A DNA stretch of 63,523 nucleotides from Nanobdellota archaeon. GTDB lineage: Archaea; Nanobdellota; Nanobdellia; Woesearchaeales; ARS49. A program made the position numbers and the translations under genes. The notes under the pieces are model-generated. The model was given only the letters and a program-made list of their open reading frames with translations, ran no database searches and was not told the origin of the DNA. Shown here piece after piece: positions 56,429 through 63,523 of this stretch (positions are counted from its first letter, which is position 1; each line of letters starts with the position of its first letter). The DNA lies in contig JBFYLW010000065.1 in NCBI GenBank assembly GCA_041305185.1, positions 1 to 63,523 on the forward strand, given 5' to 3'.

Positions 56429-56448
56429 TTACCAGCAGACTAAAACAC

Positions 56449-56460
56449 TTATTTAAAAAG
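56449..56460 (-). promoter_or_regulatory. TATA box for topA
   Basis: The minus strand reads tttttaaataag about 22 nt upstream of the ATG at 56428. Confidence 0.45.
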
Positions 56461-56541
56461 CCTTCGATACTATAATAATAGTTAGCTTTCGAGAGCAACA
56501 TAATTTATATATACTAAGAAACGAATAAATCGGAAAAAGAG

Positions 56542-58173
56542 ATGAAAAGCGGCAATATAGAAAGAGTAGGAGAAGTAATCAAAGTATTAGCAAAACACGG
56601 ACTAGGCAGCATACTCAGCAGGTACGGGTTCACCTGGCAACTGCCATTCTTCAACCGAGGAGAAGAAGAACTCCCATCTGACCTGCCAAGAAGACTAAGA
56701 ATGGCAATGGAAGAATTAGGAGGAGCATACATAAAACTCGGACAACTGCTCAGCATAAGACCTGATTTAGTTCCGCAGGAATATTGTGAAGAATTCTCAA
56801 AACTGCTTGACGAAGTCCCGCCAGAAAAACTAAGCACAGTCGAACAAGTAATAATAAAAGAATTCAACAAACCAGTCAAAGACATATACAGCCACATAGA
56901 CGCAAAGCCACTAGGAAGCGCGAGCGTAGCACAAGTACACAAAGCAAGACTGAAAACAGGAAAAGCAGTCGCGATAAAAGTACAAAGACCAGACATAGCA
57001 AAAAAATTCTCAGCAGACATAGACATCATACGCTACATAGCACAAAAACTCCAAAAACACCTCCACAACGGAATCAACATACCAATAATAGTAGATGAGT
57101 TCGAACAATACACCAGAAAAGAACTCGATTTCACAGTAGAAGCAGGAAACATAGACAACATGAGAAAAGCATCCAGAACAGTAGTCATACCTCAAGTATA
57201 CTGGTCACAAACAACAGAAAAAGTATTGACAATGGAATACCTGGAAGGCAAAAAACTATCAGAAACAAGCAAAACAGACAAACCACAAATCGCAAAAAAA
57301 ATAATTGACGCCTTCCTCGACCAGATGTTCAACACAGGAACATTCCACGCAGACCTCCACCCAGGAAATGTCCTGCTACTCAAAAACGGCAAAATAGGAC
57401 TGCTGGACTTCGGCATAGTAGGACACATAGACAAAACAACAACCGAGCTAGGACTCAAATTGTATTTAGCAATACTCAACAAAGACCCTGAACAAATATC
57501 AGAAGTACTCCTGACGTATGGAAGACCATCAAGCAAAACAAAACTTGAAGACTTCACAACACAAGTACAAGACTTATACAGAAAATGGTGGGAAAACAAT
57601 CCAGAACAAAGAAGAGTCACACACCTCATGCATCAATTGTTCACACTCTGCTACAAAAACCACATACAACTACCAAAAGACATCGTACTGCTGGGAAAAG
57701 GAATGATGACAGCAGAATCAACAGCAAGAAAACTAGACCCCAGATTCAACTTTGTAGATTACTCAAGACCAAAAATAGCACAATTGCTGAAAAAACAGAA
57801 ATCACCAAAAAAAATAATCGAAAAGTTCGCACAAAGCTCAAAACAATTTGCACAAGCAATAGCAGAACTTCCAGGAAGAACAATAGACGCACTCGAAGCA
57901 GTCAAAAGAGGAAGAATAGACTTTCACCTTGACGACACAAAATTCAGGCATCTAGGAAAAGACATCAACCTCTCAAGCAACAGGCTAAGCTATTCGATGC
58001 TCTCAGCAGCACTCATACTCTCAGGAGCAATGCTCACAGAAGTAGGACCAAAAGTAGGAACGTACAGCATGATAAGCATTGCATGCCTGACAGCAGCAAG
58101 CGTGTTCATCATATCATTATTCATTTCCATATCCAGAGAAGGAAATCCAAAATACGACAATCACGAGAGGTGA
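56542..58173 (+). CDS. ABC1/UbiB (AarF) atypical kinase-family protein with C-terminal TM segments
   Basis: LGSASVAQVHKARLKTGKAVAIKVQRPDI and FHADLHPGNVLL motifs. Confidence 0.8.
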   Translation: MKSGNIERVGEVIKVLAKHGLGSILSRYGFTWQLPFFNRGEEELPSDLPRRLRMAMEELGGAYIKLGQLLSIRPDLVPQEYCEEFSKLLDEVPPEKLSTVEQVIIKEFNKPVKDIYSHIDAKPLGSASVAQVHKARLKTGKAVAIKVQRPDIAKKFSADIDIIRYIAQKLQKHLHNGINIPIIVDEFEQYTRKELDFTVEAGNIDNMRKASRTVVIPQVYWSQTTEKVLTMEYLEGKKLSETSKTDKPQIAKKIIDAFLDQMFNTGTFHADLHPGNVLLLKNGKIGLLDFGIVGHIDKTTTELGLKLYLAILNKDPEQISEVLLTYGRPSSKTKLEDFTTQVQDLYRKWWENNPEQRRVTHLMHQLFTLCYKNHIQLPKDIVLLGKGMMTAESTARKLDPRFNFVDYSRPKIAQLLKKQKSPKKIIEKFAQSSKQFAQAIAELPGRTIDALEAVKRGRIDFHLDDTKFRHLGKDINLSSNRLSYSMLSAALILSGAMLTEVGPKVGTYSMISIACLTAASVFIISLFISISREGNPKYDNHER

Positions 58174-58176
58174 AAA

Positions 58177-58452
58177 ATGGCAAAACGAATAAGAAAAGCA
58201 GTCAGCCTTGGAGCAAGAATAGCCGGAAAAGCAAAAGAAAAACTACTAAAAGAACTAAAAATGCTGGTAAGCGCGGGAATAATAGACAAAAAAGAAGCAA
58301 AAAGACTCTACTCTGCACTAATGACTGAAATAAAAGCAGAAAAAGAAAGAATAAAAACCTTCGCGAAACAGGAACTAAAAAGAGAAATGGGAAAAGTTCG
58401 AAAACACGCAAAACCAGTCATAAAAAGAGCAATGAAAAGATACAAACGTTAA
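58177..58452 (+). CDS. Small Lys-rich hypothetical protein
   Basis: It starts 4 nt after the ABC1 stop. 91 aa, helical and basic. Confidence 0.4.
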   Translation: MAKRIRKAVSLGARIAGKAKEKLLKELKMLVSAGIIDKKEAKRLYSALMTEIKAEKERIKTFAKQELKREMGKVRKHAKPVIKRAMKRYKR

Positions 58453-58454
58453 GT

Positions 58455-58462
58455 ATTTAAAC
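58455..58462 (+). promoter_or_regulatory. TATA box for the AAA+ ATPase gene
   Basis: atttaaac ends 25 nt before the ATG at 58487. Confidence 0.45.
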
Positions 58463-58486
58463 CAACGTTTACTAAAAATAAAGGCT

Positions 58487-59503
58487 ATGAGTGAACACTT
58501 CCAAAAAGTATTCCTGCAAACAGACCCATTCACAGACATTCTGGGACAGGAAAGAACAAAACACCAGCTAAAAAGCGCCCTGCTAATGGACAGGCACCTG
58601 ATAATACTTGGACCGCCAGGCATAGGCAAAACAACACTGGCAAAGAACATAGCTAAACTACTACCACAATTAACCCTGAACGAATGCCAATACCACTGCG
58701 ACCCAAAACAACCACTATGCCCGGAATGCAAACTAAAAAAACAAAAAACAGCAAAAGTAACAGGAGAAGAAAGATTTGTACGAGTACAAGGCAGCCCGGA
58801 TTTAACAGTCGAAGATTTGTTAGGAGACATAGACCCAGTCAAAGCACTACAGTTCGGACCAACAAGCATACAAGCATTCACTCCAGGCAAGATATTCAAA
58901 GCAAATTATGGAATACTATTCTTTGACGAAGTAAACAGGTGCCCTGAAAAACTACAAAACGCACTATTACAAGTTCTTGAAGAAGGAAAAGCAACATTAG
59001 GCGCGTATACAGTTGAACTACCAGCAAACTTCATCTTCATCGGCACAATGAACCCAGAAGAAACAGCAGCAACAGAAAAACTATCAGACGTCTTCATGGA
59101 CAGATTTGACATAGTCCACATGGGATACCCAGAAAGCCTGGACATAGAAAAAAGAATAGTACTGGACAAAGGACAGAAATTAACAGTCACCTTCGAAGAA
59201 GATTTACTCGCTCTCGCAATACTATTCGTAAGAATGCTCCGCGAACACAAAAACATACTGAGAAAACCAAGCGTCAGAGCATCAATAGGAATATACGAGC
59301 GAGCACAAGCAAACGCATTCCTGGCAAAAAGAAAAACAGTAACAGCAGAAGACATAACAGAAGCAATAATCTCAGTACTCGCGCACAGAATCGAACTAAA
59401 ACCAAGCGTCAAATACATGCAAACAAACGAAGAATTCATACAAGAACAATTTGACGCATTCTCAGGCCAACACCCCGAGTTAACCGGTGGTGGTGGTCTT
59501 TGA
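58487..59503 (+). CDS. ChlI/MoxR-like AAA+ ATPase
   Basis: Walker A GPPGIGKTT, Walker B ILFFDEVNR, and a Cys-rich insert CQYHCDPKQPLCPECK. It is paired with a downstream VWA protein. Confidence 0.75.
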   Translation: MSEHFQKVFLQTDPFTDILGQERTKHQLKSALLMDRHLIILGPPGIGKTTLAKNIAKLLPQLTLNECQYHCDPKQPLCPECKLKKQKTAKVTGEERFVRVQGSPDLTVEDLLGDIDPVKALQFGPTSIQAFTPGKIFKANYGILFFDEVNRCPEKLQNALLQVLEEGKATLGAYTVELPANFIFIGTMNPEETAATEKLSDVFMDRFDIVHMGYPESLDIEKRIVLDKGQKLTVTFEEDLLALAILFVRMLREHKNILRKPSVRASIGIYERAQANAFLAKRKTVTAEDITEAIISVLAHRIELKPSVKYMQTNEEFIQEQFDAFSGQHPELTGGGGL

Positions 59504-60674
59504 CATCGAGCAAGAAGTAGAAGACATTTCTAAAGGAGAATCCGCCGAAGGAAAACTACACAAACAATACGTAGAAGACAAACTAATGAATTCAGTTCTA
59601 CAGTCAGACAAAAACACAATAGAACACGCAGAACTAATACACGAAGCAACAAACAGAAGCATAGGAGCATTCACGCCCAGCCTGCTGTTTGCGCAAATGG
59701 TCCAAAACTTCTCAATAACAAAACAATTACTCGGAGACAAACTCATAAGATTATTAACAGGGTATGACCCCAATTACATCGAGAAAAACCTGAAAATACC
59801 AGAATTCAGAAAAGAACTACAGAAAGCTTTGTACCAAAACGTTGAGAAACTAAAAGAAGAAGACCTTGTAGACAGAGAAGGACTCATAACGAGCAAAGGA
59901 GCAGAACTCGGAGCAATAGTTCTAGTAAAAGAACTCGACAATTTCATAACAAAAGACAAAATAGGCGAAAAAGTAAACAAAAAAACAGCACATTACGGAG
60001 AAAAAACAGAAACAAGAAAATACAAACACGGAGACAGGTACAAGGATTTGAACATGAAAAGGTCAGTTCACATGGCAATAAGAAGACAACACGCCAAACT
60101 TCACGGAGAAGACCTAATGACCTCGCAAAGAGAAGGCAGAGGAAAAATATCTTTGATATTCGCTTTGGACGCATCAGCAAGCATGAAAGGCAGAAAACTT
60201 GATACTTGCAAAAGAGCAGGAATAGCACTCGCATACAGAGCAATAGAAGACAAAGATGACGTGGGAGTAGTAGTATTTGGAAGCGAAATCAAATCAGCAA
60301 TACCACCAACAAGAGACTTTACAACAATACTAAACGAAATATCACGCATAAAAGCCAGCAGGCAAACAGACTTCGCAGCCATGATAGCAAAAAGCGTCGA
60401 AATGTTTCCAGCAACAGACGAAACAAAACATTTGATAATACTCACAGACGCACTGCCAACAGTAGGCATTGAACCAGAAAAAGAAACACTACAAGCAATA
60501 AGCGCGGCAAGAGGAGCAGGAATAACAGTTTCTTTGATAGGAGTACAATTAGACGAAGCAGGAGCAAAACTGGCAAAACAAATAGTCCGAATAGGAGAAG
60601 GCAGATTCAGCATGGTAAAAGATTTAGACCAAGTAGGACACATAGTATTGGAAGACTATTACGCGATGAGATAG
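59487..60674 (+). CDS. von Willebrand factor A (VWA) domain protein; start uncertain
   Basis: MIDAS-type LIFALDASASMKG... in the C-terminal half. It overlaps the AAA+ gene by 17 nt. Confidence 0.7.
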   Translation: MVVVFDIEQEVEDISKGESAEGKLHKQYVEDKLMNSVLQSDKNTIEHAELIHEATNRSIGAFTPSLLFAQMVQNFSITKQLLGDKLIRLLTGYDPNYIEKNLKIPEFRKELQKALYQNVEKLKEEDLVDREGLITSKGAELGAIVLVKELDNFITKDKIGEKVNKKTAHYGEKTETRKYKHGDRYKDLNMKRSVHMAIRRQHAKLHGEDLMTSQREGRGKISLIFALDASASMKGRKLDTCKRAGIALAYRAIEDKDDVGVVVFGSEIKSAIPPTRDFTTILNEISRIKASRQTDFAAMIAKSVEMFPATDETKHLIILTDALPTVGIEPEKETLQAISAARGAGITVSLIGVQLDEAGAKLAKQIVRIGEGRFSMVKDLDQVGHIVLEDYYAMR

Positions 60675-60704
60675 TTTATAAATAAAAAATAATTCTTAAC
60701 ACAC

Positions 60705-61232
60705 ATGAAACTCGTAGTCCTATACGGACCGCCAGGAGTAGGCAAGCTGACAATCGCGAAAGAACTAGCCAAAATAACAGGCTACAACAATTTCCACAAC
60801 CATCTGACATTTGAACCAGTAAGATCAATTCTTCCAATTGAGCATCCGGATTTCTGGAGCATAGTCAAACGCTGGAGATTACAACTCCTGGAAATTGCTG
60901 CAAAAAACAAAGTCAAAGGACTAATCATCACAGTAGTGTACACAAAAAAAGAATCAATGATACCAAGAGTGATAAGACTCATGAAAAAGTACCATGCGCA
61001 GACATACTTCGTCAAACTGCACTGCGACCACCACATACTCAAAAAAAGAGTAAAACACCCATCAAGAAAAGCATACAGAAAACTACGCACAATAAAAGGA
61101 CTAAACGCATTCTGCAAAAAACACGACGTCCACTCCAGCGTGCCAAACGTCAAAAATTTTGAAATAGACAACACGCACGTTTCTCCCAAGCAGTGCGCGA
61201 AGATGATTGCAAAACACTACAAACTGCGGTAG
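60705..61232 (+). CDS. P-loop kinase-like protein (AAA_33/adenylate-kinase-like fold)
   Basis: MKLVVLYGPPGVGKLTIAKELA Walker A at the extreme N-terminus; 175 aa. Confidence 0.55.
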   Translation: MKLVVLYGPPGVGKLTIAKELAKITGYNNFHNHLTFEPVRSILPIEHPDFWSIVKRWRLQLLEIAAKNKVKGLIITVVYTKKESMIPRVIRLMKKYHAQTYFVKLHCDHHILKKRVKHPSRKAYRKLRTIKGLNAFCKKHDVHSSVPNVKNFEIDNTHVSPKQCAKMIAKHYKLR

Positions 61233-61285
61233 TCACTCTTCCGTCATAACGTGTTTTTAAAAAGAACCCTTCTTAAAACAAGCAT

Positions 61286-62134
61286 ATGGTACTAGAAGAA
61301 CTATACAGTTCAGAATTCCTCCACAAACATCCATGGTACGGATTACTGCTAGGAATAGGCTACACAATAATAGGACTGTTCATAGCAATAATGATATTTC
61401 CAAAAGACCCAGCACTAATAGCACTGGGAATAACCTGTTTGTTCCTTCTGCCCTCACTGGCAAAACTGACGAACAGCGAGGAAATCACAAACCAGCGCAA
61501 GCCAACATTCAAACAATTCATAAAAGACGCAATACCACACACAAAAGTTTACGCATCAATCTTCTTCGGAATATTCTTCACATTCGCATTCTTCTCAATA
61601 ATGCTGCCCTCGCTAGCAGTAGGACACCTGTTCAAAACACAACTCGCAGTCGTAACAGGACAAGCAATAACATTCAGCATGCCATTATTCTGGGACTTAT
61701 TCACATGGAACTTACAAGTATTAGCCATGGCATTCATACTCTCACTAATAGCAGGAAACGGAGGAATAATCTTCGTAGCCTGGAATGCAAGCGTATGGGG
61801 AACAGTCTTCGGCAACCTCGCAAAAACAGCAGCAGTACAATCATCCCTCAACCCGATAATACTATTCATCCTGGTAATACTAAGCGTGTTCCCACACACA
61901 CTACTCGAAGGACTAAGCTACATGCTATCCGCAATCTCAGGAAGCTCGCTATCAGATGGAATAGTCAAACAAAAAACGCTAGCCTCAGAAAATATGAAAA
62001 CAATACTCAAATACAACCTATTATTGCTATTAATAGCAATCGGAGTACTAGCAATAGGAATGATAGTAGAAACATACGTACTAGGAAATTTTGAAGTCTA
62101 CAGAAAAATTATAACAATAGCATTCCCCAGATAA
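61286..62134 (+). CDS. SpoIIM/DUF95-like integral membrane protein
   Basis: About 6 TM segments with the ...FPHTLLEGLSYMLSAISG motif typical of the family. Confidence 0.55.
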   Translation: MVLEELYSSEFLHKHPWYGLLLGIGYTIIGLFIAIMIFPKDPALIALGITCLFLLPSLAKLTNSEEITNQRKPTFKQFIKDAIPHTKVYASIFFGIFFTFAFFSIMLPSLAVGHLFKTQLAVVTGQAITFSMPLFWDLFTWNLQVLAMAFILSLIAGNGGIIFVAWNASVWGTVFGNLAKTAAVQSSLNPIILFILVILSVFPHTLLEGLSYMLSAISGSSLSDGIVKQKTLASENMKTILKYNLLLLLIAIGVLAIGMIVETYVLGNFEVYRKIITIAFPR

Positions 62135-62172
62135 ACTCACAAAGCTTAAAAACAAAACCATCTGACAACTTC

Positions 62173-62209
62173 TCATGAAAATACTCGCCTTCACAGATTT
62201 GCACTCCAA
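62173..62209. repeat. Orphan copy of the 37-bp metallophosphoesterase 5'-end segment (includes the ATG)
   Basis: tcatgaaaatactcgccttcacagatttgcactccaa is identical to 62394-62430. Confidence 0.9.
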
Positions 62210-62393
62210 ACTTTTGGAAAGTTTCAAAGAGCAAAGCTCTTTGAGACCCCGTCGAACTTCGTTCGACGTTGGTTTGATCAAAAGGCGTTCTTCGTTCAGG
62301 CTCCAGAAGCAATTTGATAAATCCTTGTCTTCGACAAGGATGTTTATGACTCTTCTCTCGCCCTCACGATATCACGCAATCCGGAGGCTGCTT
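62210..62393 (+). mobile_element. 184-bp hairpin-rich non-coding insert (family member M)
   Basis: Hairpins are tcaaagagc-aaa-gctctttga (62224-62244), cgtcgaac-ttc-gttcgacg (62250-62268) and atccttgtc-ttc-gacaaggat (62321-62341), with the palindrome tttgatcaaa. The 3' module gtttatgactcttctctcgccctcacgatatcacgcaa matches the topA-locus insert. Confidence 0.6.
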
Positions 62394-62395
62394 TC

Positions 62396-63004
62396 ATGAA
62401 AATACTCGCCTTCACAGATTTGCACTCCAACATAATAGCATATGAAAGAATAAAAGCAAAAGTCAAAAAGTTCAAGCCAGAACTCATATTCTGCCTGGGA
62501 GACTTCACCTACTTCGAACAATACATAGAACAAGTACTGCGAAAACTAAACGAGCTAAAAAAACCAGTCTACATCATACATGGAAACCATGAAAATGAAT
62601 CCATAGTAAAAAAAATCTGCCAAAGACACCGCAACCTGATATACGCACACAACAAAGTAATACCGCTCAACGGATACACAATAATAGCGCATGGCGGCGG
62701 AGGATTCTACACCAGCGGAAAATCAGCAAGAGACAAAGATTTCGACAAACTCATCAGAAAAAACAAGAAAAAACTCAAAGGCAAACTAATACTGTTAACA
62801 CATGCACCGCCCAGAAAAACAAAACTGGACAGACTCAGCTGGGCAGGACACGTAGGATGTGAAAGCTACCTGGAATTCATAAAAAAGTACAAACCAATAC
62901 TCGCACTATCCGGACACCTACACGAAAACTTTAACACCAAAGACAAAAAAGGAAAAACATTAATCTGCAATCCCGGGCCAGCAGGAACGGTGTTCACGAT
63001 ATGA
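62396..63004 (+). CDS. Calcineurin-like metallophosphoesterase (MJ0936/YfcE-like)
   Basis: MKILAFTDLHS, GDFTY, GNHE, and the HGGG...TH...GH motif order. Confidence 0.8.
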   Translation: MKILAFTDLHSNIIAYERIKAKVKKFKPELIFCLGDFTYFEQYIEQVLRKLNELKKPVYIIHGNHENESIVKKICQRHRNLIYAHNKVIPLNGYTIIAHGGGGFYTSGKSARDKDFDKLIRKNKKKLKGKLILLTHAPPRKTKLDRLSWAGHVGCESYLEFIKKYKPILALSGHLHENFNTKDKKGKTLICNPGPAGTVFTI

Positions 63005-63523
63005 GCAACCAAAAAATACTACTAACAAACGCGGCATTCTGGGCAGCATTCGACGGACTAACATCAGTCTATCTGGTAGCATTCGCACTCGCCCTAGGAG
63101 CATCAAACGTCGTAATAGGACTGCTCGGAGCGATGCCCTGGCTGGCAAGCCTTCTGACACAAATACCAGGCTCAGAACTAGTACAACACTACGCAAGAAA
63201 AAAAGTCTACATATTCTTCGCACTGCTCGGCAGACTATTCTGGATACCAATACTCCTCGCGCCATTCATATTCGAAAAACCAATACTGATGATAATAATC
63301 TTCTACCTGCTCGTAAAACTCGGAGAAACAATAACAGAACCAGCATACGCAACAATGCTGGCAGACATGATTCCGACAAAAAACTTCGGAGAATTCAACA
63401 GCAAAAGATACAGGCTCATATCAACATTCGGAATGATATCTTTGGTTCTCGGAGGACTCTGGCTCAAACAATTCCCAAAAGAAAGCCCAACAGGATTCGC
63501 AATAATGTTCGCATTTGGAGCAG
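63001..63523 (+). CDS. MFS-type transporter, N-terminal part (3' end lies outside the window)
   Basis: The ATG overlaps the previous stop (ATGA). The frame stays open to the window end with consecutive hydrophobic helices (…AFWAAFDGLTSVYLVAFALALGAS…). It is absent from the ORF track because no stop is reached. Confidence 0.6.
   Translation, partial: MSNQKILLTNAAFWAAFDGLTSVYLVAFALALGASNVVIGLLGAMPWLASLLTQIPGSELVQHYARKKVYIFFALLGRLFWIPILLAPFIFEKPILMIIIFYLLVKLGETITEPAYATMLADMIPTKNFGEFNSKRYRLISTFGMISLVLGGLWLKQFPKESPTGFAIMFAFGA

Noticed and set aside
62175-62399. 74-aa ORF starting with MKILAFTDLHS.
   Set aside because: It is the duplicated start of the metallophosphoesterase gene reading across the non-coding insert. 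The homologous insert at topA has no equivalent frame. At most it acts as an upstream ORF, not as a protein gene.

Overview
This 63.5-kb window looks archaeal, probably from a small-genome DPANN-like lineage. Evidence: a herA-mre11 pair, an AglB/STT3 oligosaccharyltransferase, the archaea-specific GTPase/DUF2073/DUF2072 operon, and TTTAAATA-type TATA boxes 22-30 nt upstream of many start codons. I found one tRNA (Trp, CCA) and no rRNA, CRISPR array, transposase, integrase or reverse transcriptase.

Gene content, left to right:
- gatB tail and an APH-family kinase.
- An MNT/HEPN cassette inserted behind mre11, then herA.
- Small basic proteins and the GTPase operon.
- A PhoU-like regulator and a DHH phosphoesterase.
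- A glycan-biosynthesis island of about 20.6 kb (11378-31997): ugd, a Wzx-like flippase, rfbF/rfbG, a C-methyltransferase, a DegT aminotransferase, asnB, galE, many SAM methyltransferases and glycosyltransferases.
- Two compositionally native glycosyltransferases and an AglB carrying a C-terminal FKBP domain.
- Five secreted or surface protein genes.
- A permease, a convergent PIN/RHH pair, tRNA-Trp, PolX, Nudix, a PLD-family protein, a Lon-like protease, topA, an ABC1 kinase, an AAA+/VWA pair, a SpoIIM-like protein, a metallophosphoesterase and the start of an MFS transporter.

Main findings:
1. A family of small, hairpin-rich, non-coding inserts sits between long perfect direct duplications of gene ends: 68 bp at the topA 3' end and 37 bp at the metallophosphoesterase 5' end. 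The two inserts are homologous along their whole length, and one stem shows compensatory changes. Related hairpin modules occur in three or four other intergenic sites. The MNT/HEPN cassette is bracketed the same way by a duplicated mre11 3' end.
2. Outside the island, composition follows the chromosome strand rather than the coding strand: the + strand is A/C-rich under genes of both orientations. This inverts third-codon-position usage between + and - genes and creates many long spurious antisense ORFs. The glycan island and a few small patches lack this signature and look recently acquired.
3. The AglB-FKBP fusion, and a surface-protein cluster that shares a GGGGGG ribosome-binding motif and includes a porin-like beta-rich protein, are also worth follow-up.

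All calls come from reading the sequence and ORF translations by eye. No database search was run.
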